Part shown: piece by piece, positions 19,550 through 28,996 of the stretch | How the letters are laid out: each line of letters starts with the position of its first letter | How positions within the stretch are numbered: position 1 is the first letter of the stretch | Origin: Candidatus Kapaibacterium sp. | GTDB taxonomy: Bacteria > Bacteroidota > Ignavibacteria > Kapaibacteriales > UBA2268 | Direction of reading: 5' to 3' | DNA: 64,000 bases | NCBI GenBank assembly: GCA_938031175.1 | Contig: CALHGZ010000007.1 | Coordinates: forward strand, 2,999-66,998 | The notes under the pieces: model-generated | Seen by the model: the letters and a program-made list of their open reading frames with translations, nothing else | Database searches by the model: none | What the model was told of the DNA's origin: nothing | Made by a program: the position numbers and the translations under genes

Positions 19550-19570
19550 TAAATTAAATTTATGTATCAA

Positions 19571-20881
19571 TCAAGTTCCAGCATTATAATCTTGGATATA
19601 AGCAATTTGCTCGGGTGTTAGTTTATCAAGTTTTTTACCCATTAATTCTAATTTCATAGAAGCAATAAATTCATCTTGTTCAGGCGGAAGATCAAGTACC
19701 TCGCAAGGTAATTTTTCTCCTTTTTTATGAGTTTCCACAAGTCTTAAATGCGCCATAAATTGATTTGCAAAAGACATATCCATAACTTCAGATGGATGCC
19801 CCTCAGCTGCTGCAAGATTAACTAATCTTCCTTGGGCCAGTAAATAAATTCTTTTACCATCTCTGAGGATATATTCCTCGCAATTTTCCCTAATCAATCT
19901 TTTTGAGACCGAAATTTCTTCGAGTTCAGGTATATTTATTTCTACATCATAATGTCCAGTATTACAAACAATAGCACCATCTTTCATAGATTGGAAATGC
20001 CATCGACGTATGACATCTTTCACCCCTGTAGCAGTTACAAAGATATCGCCAATTTTAGCTGCTTCATCCATAGTCATTACTTCGTGTCCTTCGAGTAATG
20101 CTTTTAAAGCAGCTGTAGCTTTAATTTCCGTGCATATTGTATTCGCTCCCATTCCTTTTGCTCTTTTGGCAACACCAGAACCACAATGTCCGTGCCCAAC
20201 TACAACAAAATTTTTCCCAGCAAGAAGAACAGATGTTGCTCGCAAAATACCATCAATTGTTGACTGTCCCGTTCCATAAACATTATCAAAATCCCATTTT
20301 GTCTCCATATCGTTTACAGCATAAACAGGATAGTAAAGTTTATTAGTTGCTGCACGAGCTTTAAGTCTTTGTATTCCCGTTGTAGTTTCTTCTGTTCCGC
20401 CAATTATCTGCTTCGCCATATCAGGGAATTTTTCATGTATTGTGTTGATTAAATCACAGCCATCGTCTAATGTCAATTGTGGTGGTTTATCGATTGTTCT
20501 TTCAATACACCAATAAAAATCTTCTTTGTTATCATACCAAGCAAAAATAGAGAGTCCTTCATCAGCTAAAGCAGCAGCAACTGCATCATTTGTAGATAAT
20601 GGATTGCAACCAGACCATGAAATATCTGCACCTGCTTCGACAAATGTTTTAATTAATACAGCAGTTTCTTTTGTAACGTGGAGGCAACCAGCAATTTTAT
20701 AACCTGCGAATGGTTTTGTTTCTCTGTATTTTTCGCGAAGATACATTAAAACAGGCATGCGCGATTCAGCCCAATGTATTAATTTTCTACCTTCATCAGC
20801 TAATGACAGGTCTTTGACACAATACACTCCAGGTTTTTCATCAAACTTACCAACAGCTTTTTTAGGTGGATAATTATTCAT
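19571..20881 (-). CDS. ahcY: Adenosylhomocysteinase (S-adenosyl-L-homocysteine hydrolase)
   Basis: 436 aa. The signatures GCLHVTKETAVLIKTFVEAGADISWSGCNP and the NAD-binding VVGHGHCGSGVA are both present. Confidence 0.9.
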   Translation of the reverse strand: MNNYPPKKAVGKFDEKPGVYCVKDLSLADEGRKLIHWAESRMPVLMYLREKYRETKPFAGYKIAGCLHVTKETAVLIKTFVEAGADISWSGCNPLSTNDAVAAALADEGLSIFAWYDNKEDFYWCIERTIDKPPQLTLDDGCDLINTIHEKFPDMAKQIIGGTEETTTGIQRLKARAATNKLYYPVYAVNDMETKWDFDNVYGTGQSTIDGILRATSVLLAGKNFVVVGHGHCGSGVAKRAKGMGANTICTEIKATAALKALLEGHEVMTMDEAAKIGDIFVTATGVKDVIRRWHFQSMKDGAIVCNTGHYDVEINIPELEEISVSKRLIRENCEEYILRDGKRIYLLAQGRLVNLAAAEGHPSEVMDMSFANQFMAHLRLVETHKKGEKLPCEVLDLPPEQDEFIASMKLELMGKKLDKLTPEQIAYIQDYNAGT

Positions 20882-20892
20882 ATTTTATTTCC

Positions 20893-22032
20893 TTATTTTA
20901 ATTTTTTAAATAAATCGACTAAATCGAGATTTTCCCAGGGGAATTCTTGTCTGCCGAAGTGGCCGTAAACAGAGGTTTGACGGTAGATTGGACGCCTCAA
21001 ATTAAATCTTTCGATTATTCCGCGCGGTGTAAGATCTATTTCTTTCAAAATAAAATCGGATATTACCCTGTTTGGAATTTCAGAAGTTCCGTGAGTATCT
21101 ACTCGAATTGAGACAGGTTGGGCAATTCCAATAGCATAGGAGATTTGAATTGTAACTTCTTTAGCTAATCCGGCTGCAACTATATTTTTAGCTAAATGTC
21201 TTGCTGCATAAGCACCGGAGCGGTCAACTTTAGTGGGATCTTTGCCTGAGAATGCACCTCCACCATGGGGTGCCCGCCCACCGTAAGTATCTACAATAAT
21301 TTTACGACCTGTTAAACCTGTATCACCGTGAGGACCTCCTATAACAAAATTTCCTGTCGGATTGATATAAAATTTCGTTCGCTCATCTAAATACTCAGAT
21401 GGTATGACTTTTTTTATTAGTTTTTCTATAATATCTTCTTTGATTTTATCCTGTGAAATTCCTTCGTCATGTTGAGTTGAAATCACAATTGTATCGGCAC
21501 GAAGGATTTCTCCACTATCGCTATATTCTAAAGTTACCTGTGATTTAGAGTCTGGCCTTAAATAAGTCAAAGAATTGAATTTTCTTAAACGGGCTAATTC
21601 TTTAACAAGTTTATGAGCAAACATAATTGGTGCGGGCATTAATTCCTCTGTTTCAGTGCATGCATATCCGAACATCATTCCTTGATCGCCAGCACCACCA
21701 TCTTTGACGCCACGCCAAATATCCGGTGATTGGTGATTTATAACATTTATGACAGCTACTGAATTAGCTTCAAATCTATAATCACCACTTGTATAACCAA
21801 TGTCGCGAATTACATTTCGAACCAATGTTTGTAAATCAACATATGTTTCAGTAGTAATTTCTCCTCCGACAAGAATCATCCCTGTTGTTGCATAGCATTC
21901 GCAAGCAACTCGGCTATCCGGGTCGTCTTTAAGCATTGCATCTAAAACAGCATCAGAAACCTGATCACAAACTTTATCCGGATGTCCTTCAGAAACAGAT
22001 TCTGAGGTAAATAAATATGTATTTTCTGTCAT
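20893..22032 (-). CDS. metK: S-adenosylmethionine synthetase
   Basis: 379 aa. The N-terminus [25 protein letters not shown] and the GGGAFSGKD motif are diagnostic of MetK. Confidence 0.95.
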   Translation of the reverse strand: MTENTYLFTSESVSEGHPDKVCDQVSDAVLDAMLKDDPDSRVACECYATTGMILVGGEITTETYVDLQTLVRNVIRDIGYTSGDYRFEANSVAVINVINHQSPDIWRGVKDGGAGDQGMMFGYACTETEELMPAPIMFAHKLVKELARLRKFNSLTYLRPDSKSQVTLEYSDSGEILRADTIVISTQHDEGISQDKIKEDIIEKLIKKVIPSEYLDERTKFYINPTGNFVIGGPHGDTGLTGRKIIVDTYGGRAPHGGGAFSGKDPTKVDRSGAYAARHLAKNIVAAGLAKEVTIQISYAIGIAQPVSIRVDTHGTSEIPNRVISDFILKEIDLTPRGIIERFNLRRPIYRQTSVYGHFGRQEFPWENLDLVDLFKKLK

Positions 22033-22048
22033 AATTACCCTCTTAAAT

Positions 22049-23029
22049 TTAATAGTTTATTTCGCTTGAATTACCAACATTCAATGTATAGAATCTGCCT
22101 TTGACAACTGCATTATTGCCAATAATTGATTTATCGAGAAGGGATGATGCTACAATTGCACCATCGCTGATAATTGAATCTCTTACTACACTATCTGTAA
22201 CTGTAGCACCATCGGCAACGGTTGCATACGGTCCTATAACTGAACGAGCTATAACGGCTGATTTTGCAATGAATGAAGGATGTAAAACTATACTATCACT
22301 CTGAACATCATTGCTGTAAATAGCATTTTTTTCAAGTAAAAACCTGTTTGTGGATAATAATGTTTCAGGTTTACCACAATCATACCAACCTTCGACTGGA
22401 AATGTGGTAAATTTCGAACCTTTTTCGAGCATCAATTGTAAAGCATCAGTAAGTTGATATTCACCTGCAGTCTTAATATCTTTAGATAGTAATTCCTCCA
22501 GCGATTCTTTGAATTTTCCCGTTTCATTTATATAGTAAATTCCGACAATTGCTTTTTTAGATATCGGTTCGGTTGGTTTCTCAACTAATTTTGTAATTCT
22601 ATTTTCTTTGTTTGTTACAACAATTCCAAATCTTCGTGGGTCATCAACTTCTTTGATTCCGATAGAATTAATACCGGATTTATAAGCAAGTGATAAGTCA
22701 GCATCGAAAACAGTATCCCCTAAGATAATCATCAATGGGTCATTGTCAAAAGTTTCTTTTGCAACCCAAATAGCGTGACCTAATCCTTTGCGTTCTTCTT
22801 GCAAAACAAAATCAACCTGCATATTGTATCGGGATTTGACATATTCCTCAACCATTTTACCCATATATCCAGTTACAATTGTAGCTTTATTTATACCTTG
22901 CTCCTGAATTGCATCCAATATATGAGCTAATATAGGTTTACCTGCTACATTTAGCAAAACTTTCGGTAAGGTGTATGTGTGCGGTCTTAATCTTGTACCT
23001 GCTCCACCTACTGGTATTACTGCTCTCAT
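22049..23029 (-). CDS. Sugar-1-phosphate nucleotidylyltransferase (NTP-transferase domain plus left-handed beta-helix)
   Basis: 326 aa. The N-terminus [34 protein letters not shown] carries the G-x-G-T-R-L nucleotidyltransferase motif. The C-terminus has hexapeptide-like repeats. It lies 16 nt upstream of metK on the same strand. Confidence 0.7.
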   Translation of the reverse strand: MRAVIPVGGAGTRLRPHTYTLPKVLLNVAGKPILAHILDAIQEQGINKATIVTGYMGKMVEEYVKSRYNMQVDFVLQEERKGLGHAIWVAKETFDNDPLMIILGDTVFDADLSLAYKSGINSIGIKEVDDPRRFGIVVTNKENRITKLVEKPTEPISKKAIVGIYYINETGKFKESLEELLSKDIKTAGEYQLTDALQLMLEKGSKFTTFPVEGWYDCGKPETLLSTNRFLLEKNAIYSNDVQSDSIVLHPSFIAKSAVIARSVIGPYATVADGATVTDSVVRDSIISDGAIVASSLLDKSIIGNNAVVKGRFYTLNVGNSSEINY

Positions 23030-23141
23030 TTTAATTAGCGAAATTTACAAATTTCAAAATTAAGAAAAAAAGTTAAATTTTTAAGTCAAGAATTAAATAA
23101 CCGTTTGATAAAAAGAATATTTAATATTCGTGTTATAATTA

Positions 23142-25292
23142 TTATTTAAAGGAAATGATCTTTCTTATTTTAAAATTTCCGCCAGAAGTTAATTTAGCAA
23201 AATATATCCCTTGTGAATTTATTATATCATTGATATTGTAAATATACTGATGTTCTGATGCACCGAGATATCCAAAATCCATTCTTTTTATTTTCTCTCC
23301 ATTGATATGAAATATTTCTATATTGGTTATAGCCGGTTCAGGAAGAGAAAATTTAAATGTAATGTAATGAGATGTAGGTATTGGAAATACCTCAAAATCA
23401 AAATCAAAATTTTCTTTTTCAGCAAAGTTTGAAAAAATAAATTTTTGGAATGAACCTCGTCCTGTATAGTAAACCATTCCACTATTTGTTTTTAATAGTT
23501 TTACAGGTTTGACAAGATATATTTGTTCGCCGATGATTGGATTTTCATCAATGAACTCATTTATTCTCATAGGTGAAAGTATCAATTTTTTAAAATGTTT
23601 ACCCATACCATCTGCTTTGTAAATAATATATTTAACACTTGTATCCCTGTGTAGTTCCCAGCTTATTTTAATTTGATTTCCCAATGAATTAATTTCGATT
23701 GAATTTAGCTGTGGAATTTCATTTACATACATTCTCAAAGTAGGATCTCCCATTAATGCGATATGTACACCACGTTTATGCCTACCTTCTTGCGATGGAT
23801 GTGAATCCAAGCCCTGAAAATAGTACCGATAAGGCTTATACAAATTATAATTGTTCATTGTCAAACGTGTAGAATATCCGATAGGTAAGCCTAAGGACAT
23901 ATGATGAAAGAACCAGTGCGGACGACCTGCCCAGCAAGAAGTGAGTATTGATGGTGAGGAGGCAATTGCTGCACGCAATAAATTATCTCGGCTATCCCAA
24001 TCGCCGAAAAAAGAACCGAGTAGCATAGTAAAGACTGCTCTAATGTCATTATTAGACATATAATCAGTATTACCAATATGGTCAGCAAAATTATAATAAC
24101 CACTGCCACAACCGTAAGCCCAAAGATAATATTCCAAAGATAGTGTTTGAGGCCAGTTTTTGGCATATACATTTTCTTTACCAAGTAATGAAGCCATATT
24201 TCGCCAACCACTTGAAGCGAATCCATCACTATAATAATGTGCAGGGAAATTGTCGCTTACCAGTCCCCTATATTCAATTGGTATATTACCGCGACGATAA
24301 TTTAAATTCTTTTCTAAATATCTTTTAAGCAGATCTTTTTCAGTCATTTGAAAAGCAGGAAGGTTATAAAAATCAATTCTACCAATCTGCAAATCAACTG
24401 TTTCATTATCAAAATAACTTAAATCGAATTTCCCATCATTAGGTACATTATGGTTTTCAGGCCTGGAGGCATTGTTATTATTAATTTTAAAATCAGTCCA
24501 CAAGTATTCCTGGAAAGAACCATAATATAAGTCGCAGGGCCAAGCCCCAAAATGGTCTGAGTGACTATCCGGAGCTAATTCTCCTGAGTAAGGTACTGCT
24601 ATTCGACCAAATAAAACCAGTGTTGTAATATCTTTTGAATTAATTTCTTTTTCGGCAACAATCATATATTTAGTATCTGCCACTTTCTGTTTATCAAAAC
24701 TTTCAGCCCGTGGTGCATATTTACGAATAATACCCCATCCATCTCTTGTTAACTCAAATTCGTATTCATTTAATAATTCGTTGAAATCGGGGGTATTTAG
24801 CGTTTCATCCACAAGAAGGAGTACAACGCCATAATTGTCATATGGTCCAATCTCTATCCCAGCAAGAGCATAGCCGAATGAATTGAAAAAAACACTAGCA
24901 GTAGAGTCATATTGTTCGCCATTACTATCTTTTACCCGGAAAATGAGTGATCCAAAATTTAATCCTTCAATTTGATATTCATAGACTTTTCCAATTTGAA
25001 TATCTGTGTCTATATAAGAGTTATGGTTGGAATCGAGAGTTGCTATTGGTAGTCCCCAATTTTTGGAATCAATATCCTTGCGATAGATATTATATATTTT
25101 AGCCAGATCATTTTTTTCCCAAAAAAGAGCAATAGCAGGTGGATCGTTTAGAATTTCGATATTGATTAAAATTGAATGATCTCTGGAATCTATATATCTA
25201 ATTGGTTCTTGTTGTGCAAAAGCAAAACAAGAAGTGATAATGATTAAGGTAGTATATTTAAATAAATTAACTACTTTCATAATTTTAAACAT
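23142..25292 (-). CDS. Gingipain/C25-like secreted protein with T9SS C-terminal sorting domain, paralog of 16155-18335
   Basis: 716 aa. It is co-linear with the + strand paralog (IRYIDSRDHSIL...FWEKNDLAKIY vs HITSRDLSVL...EWEKNELALSY) and has the same YGCGSG...LLGSFFGDWD block. The C-terminus FEVFPIPTSHYITFKFSLPEP...GIYFAKLTSGGNFKIRKIISFK is the T9SS tail. Confidence 0.6.
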   Translation of the reverse strand: MFKIMKVVNLFKYTTLIIITSCFAFAQQEPIRYIDSRDHSILINIEILNDPPAIALFWEKNDLAKIYNIYRKDIDSKNWGLPIATLDSNHNSYIDTDIQIGKVYEYQIEGLNFGSLIFRVKDSNGEQYDSTASVFFNSFGYALAGIEIGPYDNYGVVLLLVDETLNTPDFNELLNEYEFELTRDGWGIIRKYAPRAESFDKQKVADTKYMIVAEKEINSKDITTLVLFGRIAVPYSGELAPDSHSDHFGAWPCDLYYGSFQEYLWTDFKINNNNASRPENHNVPNDGKFDLSYFDNETVDLQIGRIDFYNLPAFQMTEKDLLKRYLEKNLNYRRGNIPIEYRGLVSDNFPAHYYSDGFASSGWRNMASLLGKENVYAKNWPQTLSLEYYLWAYGCGSGYYNFADHIGNTDYMSNNDIRAVFTMLLGSFFGDWDSRDNLLRAAIASSPSILTSCWAGRPHWFFHHMSLGLPIGYSTRLTMNNYNLYKPYRYYFQGLDSHPSQEGRHKRGVHIALMGDPTLRMYVNEIPQLNSIEINSLGNQIKISWELHRDTSVKYIIYKADGMGKHFKKLILSPMRINEFIDENPIIGEQIYLVKPVKLLKTNSGMVYYTGRGSFQKFIFSNFAEKENFDFDFEVFPIPTSHYITFKFSLPEPAITNIEIFHINGEKIKRMDFGYLGASEHQYIYNINDIINSQGIYFAKLTSGGNFKIRKIISFK

Positions 25293-25388
25293 CTATGTCA
25301 AGGTTTACGAATAGACAATTATTTTTAAATTTCGTCTGAATATATTTTATATTTTAAATTTTCTATAAATAAATATTTCAGGAAGTAT

Positions 25389-26168
25389 ATGTTAAACTTT
25401 TTTGCTGTAATAGGTCGAGTGGTAATAAACTTTTTTATTGAACTCGGTCAAATTGTAATGTTATTAATAAATGTATTGCGATATTTTCCCCGTGTAATTA
25501 AAGATAGGCGATTAATCATCGAGCAAATGACAATAATCGGAGCAGATTCTTTACCCCTTGTAGTATTGATTGGCTCATTTACTGGTGCAATAGCTGCTTT
25601 GCAAGCAGCTTTGCTTTTCACAAAATTCAATATGATTGAAATTACACGTCCATTCCTAGGAGCTTCCATAGCAACAGCAGTATTCACAGAACTTACACCC
25701 GTTCTTACAGCCCTTGTTATTGCTGGTAGAGTAGGTGGTGCAATGGCAGCTCAAATTGGTACTATGAATGTTACAGAGCAAATCGACGCACTTGAGATGA
25801 TGGCAATTGACAAAAATAGATTTCTTGGTATGCCAAGAATTTTTGCTGCTCTTGCTATGATGCCGATTTTAGCTGTATTTTCAAATCTGGTTGCTATGAT
25901 TGGAGCTTACATCCTTACTGCTGTCAAATATGATTTTTCGTTTTATCAATTTTTTGATTCCGTGCAACGCTTTTTTTCGATGAGAGAAATTTGGATAAGT
26001 TTGAGTAAATCATTTATTTTTGGCGGTGTTACAGCACTTGTAGGTTGCCACGTAGGATTTCGTACATCAGGTGGAGCTGAAGGTGTCGGTAACAGTACAG
26101 TCCGAGCATTTACTATTTCCGCTGCTTCTATACTTGTTATTGATGCCTTATTCGGGTATGTGGTATAA
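25389..26168 (+). CDS. MlaE/Ttg2B-family ABC transporter permease with no adjacent MlaF/MlaD partner
   Basis: 259 aa polytopic permease with the typical MlaE length and hydrophobic pattern (IGADSLPLVVLIGSFTGAIAALQ...). No ATPase or MCE-domain gene is adjacent. Confidence 0.65.
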   Translation: MLNFFAVIGRVVINFFIELGQIVMLLINVLRYFPRVIKDRRLIIEQMTIIGADSLPLVVLIGSFTGAIAALQAALLFTKFNMIEITRPFLGASIATAVFTELTPVLTALVIAGRVGGAMAAQIGTMNVTEQIDALEMMAIDKNRFLGMPRIFAALAMMPILAVFSNLVAMIGAYILTAVKYDFSFYQFFDSVQRFFSMREIWISLSKSFIFGGVTALVGCHVGFRTSGGAEGVGNSTVRAFTISAASILVIDALFGYVV

Positions 26169-26320
26169 ATTATAAATTTTTTTTATTAATGACTATAAAA
26201 ATAAATTGTACAAATTGAGGATTTTCTTTTTTTTCAATAAAAAGTTTTATTGATTAAGGAATTAATAAGTTTTTGATTAATATCGTGAATCTTTAAATTT
26301 TTTGGATTCATACCGATAGT

Positions 26321-26911
26321 TTATTCTGCCACAAATTTCCTTTTATAATCCGGGCAATCAATTCGTAATTCATCAACTTTTAAATACGTTTTTAATAATT
26401 CACAATAATGGGTATTTATTTCTGATTTAAAGTTATAAAAATCGCATGAGAAACACATTCTTTGTATTGTTATTATATCTTTCCGGTTTAAATAATAAAT
26501 GATTTTCAAAAGAGAAATGTATAAATTGCTTTTTTCCTCGATTAAAATATTTTCCAAAATTTGCATTAGTTCATTGTGAAAACTTTGGGCATGACTAGTT
26601 ATTTTTTCACCATAAGGTGTGAGTATAATCTTTTGAATTCTATTGTCCTTATCGTCGTTAATTTTTTGTATTATATTTTTAGATTGAAGTAATTTAATTG
26701 TATCACTAACTGTTGCTTTTGATAGATCAAAAATATTTGCTAATTTAGATACAGTAATTGTTTCATCGCTATGATAGTTGATATATTTTACAATTTGTAT
26801 TTGTATCGGACTGAGAGCTAATTCTTTGCTTTTTTCCCAAAGCATTACACGAAATGCTTGCGCAATTCTCTCAAAAGCTGCAATTATTTTATAATCGATA
26901 GATTCACCCAT
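26321..26911 (-). CDS. MarR-family transcriptional regulator with C-terminal Cys-rich module (CxxC...HxC...DCP)
   Basis: 196 aa. A winged-HTH MarR core sits at residues ~20-120 (LSPIQIQIVKYI...ITVSKLANIFDLSKATVSDTIKLLQSKNII...RIQKIILT). It is followed by MCFSCDFYNF...THYCELL...IDCPDYKRKF. Confidence 0.6.
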   Translation of the reverse strand: MGESIDYKIIAAFERIAQAFRVMLWEKSKELALSPIQIQIVKYINYHSDETITVSKLANIFDLSKATVSDTIKLLQSKNIIQKINDDKDNRIQKIILTPYGEKITSHAQSFHNELMQILENILIEEKSNLYISLLKIIYYLNRKDIITIQRMCFSCDFYNFKSEINTHYCELLKTYLKVDELRIDCPDYKRKFVAE

Positions 26912-26952
26912 TTTTTGCCTTAAAATTAAATTTGTAGTAAAAATAATAAAAA

Positions 26953-26979
26953 AGCCCCGAATTTTATCAGGGCTTTTTG
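26953..26979 (-). terminator. Hairpin plus T-tract between the protoglobin and MarR-like genes (terminator or attenuator)
   Basis: Stem AGCCCCGA/TCAGGGCT with one mismatch, bounded by an A-run on one side and a T-run on the other, so it reads as a terminator on both strands. Confidence 0.45.
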
Positions 26980-26998
26980 ATAAATTGAGCTATCACTA

Positions 26999-27574
26999 TT
27001 AAAATTCGTCGGGTTTGACATAAGGATGAGTCCAAAAAATTACACTTAATGTAACTGCCTTGAACCAAGCGAAAAGCATTTTTTCAACCAGTTCGGGATT
27101 GCTTTCTCCTTTTTGCAAAAATTCTTTTATTGTCAAGGTAATAGGTACAATAAAAGCTATCATATATCTATAATGCACAAATGGTTCAGTATCGACTCCA
27201 TCGGTTTTATTTTTCTTTTCTTTGTAATGTCGTAATCCAATTTCGTATTGATAATCAAGCCATTCTTTATCGAATTTTCGAGTACATAAATCAAGAATCC
27301 ATTGACCAAATCTACCTCTAACTGCTGATAGATAATCAGTATTAGCAACACCATTTTTCGAAAAATATCTGACCAGATGTGGTTGACTTCCAACAAAATT
27401 ATACCACAAATCTAATATATCATCTATTTGATTTTTGAGAATTTCGCCAGCTTGATTTAGATATTTTTCATCTTCTTCGCTAAAAAGTAAGCTGGATTTG
27501 AGCAATTGTAAATCTGATTCAGTAAATGGAGATTCTGATACTTTACCGTAATCATATCCTGCAATATTTAGCAT
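26999..27574 (-). CDS. Single-domain protoglobin / globin-coupled-sensor globin domain protein
   Basis: 191 aa. W..FVG..P.LV.YF...G, SAVRGRFGQWILDLC, YQYEIGLRHYKEK and HYRYMIAF match the sensor-globin fold of HemAT and protoglobins (proximal-His region ...RIGL..H / WYMGAF). No output domain is fused. Confidence 0.6.
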   Translation of the reverse strand: MLNIAGYDYGKVSESPFTESDLQLLKSSLLFSEEDEKYLNQAGEILKNQIDDILDLWYNFVGSQPHLVRYFSKNGVANTDYLSAVRGRFGQWILDLCTRKFDKEWLDYQYEIGLRHYKEKKNKTDGVDTEPFVHYRYMIAFIVPITLTIKEFLQKGESNPELVEKMLFAWFKAVTLSVIFWTHPYVKPDEF

Positions 27575-27703
27575 AATAACCTCCTTTAAAATTGATAATA
27601 AAAATACATTACAAATATAGTAAGGATACCTAACAATTCCAAATAAAATTCATTAATCCTAAATTTATTATTTTTGTTAATTATTATTTTAAATAAATTT
27701 AAA

Positions 27704-28996
27704 ATGAAAAAAGTCAAATCAAATAAATTTACCATATTAACTTTAGGGTGTTTTAAAAATGCTGTTGATTCAGAAACCATCATTACAAATATGATTGCAA
27801 ACAATTTTGAATATTCCCCAGATATTAAAAAATCAGATATGCTGATAATTAATACTTGCGGATTTATCAATCCTGCTAAAGAAGAGAGTTTGAAAGTAAT
27901 TTCAGAAGCAATAGACCTGAAACACAAGGGTAAATTAAAAAAAATTATGGTTGTCGGCTGTTTATCCGAACGCTACCGTAATGACTTGGTTCAGCAATTG
28001 CCTGAAGTTGATCATATTTTTGGTATAAATCCATCAGCTGATATATTAAAAGCTCTTGATAAAGATTTGAAATATAATTTGATTGGTGAAAGAAGACTTC
28101 TTACTCCTAGTCACTATGCATATATAAAAATTTCCGATGGTTGTAATAACCCATGCTCGTTTTGTGCAATACCTTTAATCAGAGGTAATCATATTTCTCG
28201 CCCAAAAGAGGAAATAATCGAAGAAATTAGTTTATTAGCTCAAAATGGTGTTAAGGAATTTATTCTTATTGCTCAAGATTCTACATATTATGGACTTGAT
28301 TTATATGGGAAACGTGAAATTTCTTCATTATTAGAAGCAATTGCTAAAATTGAAGGAGTTAAATGGATAAGATTAATGTATGCTTATCCAACTAAATTCC
28401 CTGTTGAATTGCTTGATATAATTAAAAATAGCCCTAAAATCTGTAAATATCTTGATATACCACTTCAACATATCTCGGATTCAGTCCTAAAATCTATGCG
28501 ACGAGGCTCATCTGGAAGATATATAAAAAAGTTAATCGAAACTATCAGGTCAAAAATACCGGAGATAACAATCAGAAGTACATTTATCGTAGGATATCCA
28601 AATGAAACCGAAAAAGATTTCAAAGAATTATTTGATTTTATAAATGATTATCAATTGGATAGAGTCGGTGTTTTCACTTATTCAAGTGAAGATAATACAA
28701 TAGCTTATGAACTGGGCGACCCAATTGCAGAAGAAGTAAAAAAAGAGAGAAGAGATATAATTATGCAGGCACAAATGAGAATTTCATTAAAGAAAAACAA
28801 AAGTAAAATTGGCAAGAAATTAACCGTTATTATTGATGAATTTGAAAAAAATTCCTACATTGCCCGTAGCGAGTCAGATGCACCAGAAATTGATAACTCT
28901 GTTATAATAAATACTAATAAAAAATTAAAAGTCGGGGATTTTGTCGATGTATTAATAAGTGATGCTTCTGAATATGATTTGTTTGCAAAATTATGA
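27704..28996 (+). CDS. rimO: Ribosomal protein S12 methylthiotransferase RimO (MiaB-like radical SAM)
   Basis: The MTTase N-domain has its Cys triad (LGCFKN, NTCGFI, ...). The radical-SAM motif is CNNPCSFCAIP and a C-terminal TRAM domain follows. Length is ~430 aa. The start is placed at the internal MKKVKSNKF rather than the ORF-track Met at 27674. Confidence 0.8.
   Translation: MKKVKSNKFTILTLGCFKNAVDSETIITNMIANNFEYSPDIKKSDMLIINTCGFINPAKEESLKVISEAIDLKHKGKLKKIMVVGCLSERYRNDLVQQLPEVDHIFGINPSADILKALDKDLKYNLIGERRLLTPSHYAYIKISDGCNNPCSFCAIPLIRGNHISRPKEEIIEEISLLAQNGVKEFILIAQDSTYYGLDLYGKREISSLLEAIAKIEGVKWIRLMYAYPTKFPVELLDIIKNSPKICKYLDIPLQHISDSVLKSMRRGSSGRYIKKLIETIRSKIPEITIRSTFIVGYPNETEKDFKELFDFINDYQLDRVGVFTYSSEDNTIAYELGDPIAEEVKKERRDIIMQAQMRISLKKNKSKIGKKLTVIIDEFEKNSYIARSESDAPEIDNSVIINTNKKLKVGDFVDVLISDASEYDLFAKL

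Noticed and set aside
22033-22048. SAM riboswitch upstream of metK
   Set aside because: Only 16 nt separate metK from the upstream nucleotidyltransferase gene on the same strand. There is no room for a leader, so metK is probably co-transcribed.
27586-27927. 113 aa - strand ORF
   Set aside because: It overlaps the 5' end of rimO on the opposite strand and is low-complexity and hydrophobic. It is treated as spurious. The rimO start was moved to the internal Met at 27704.
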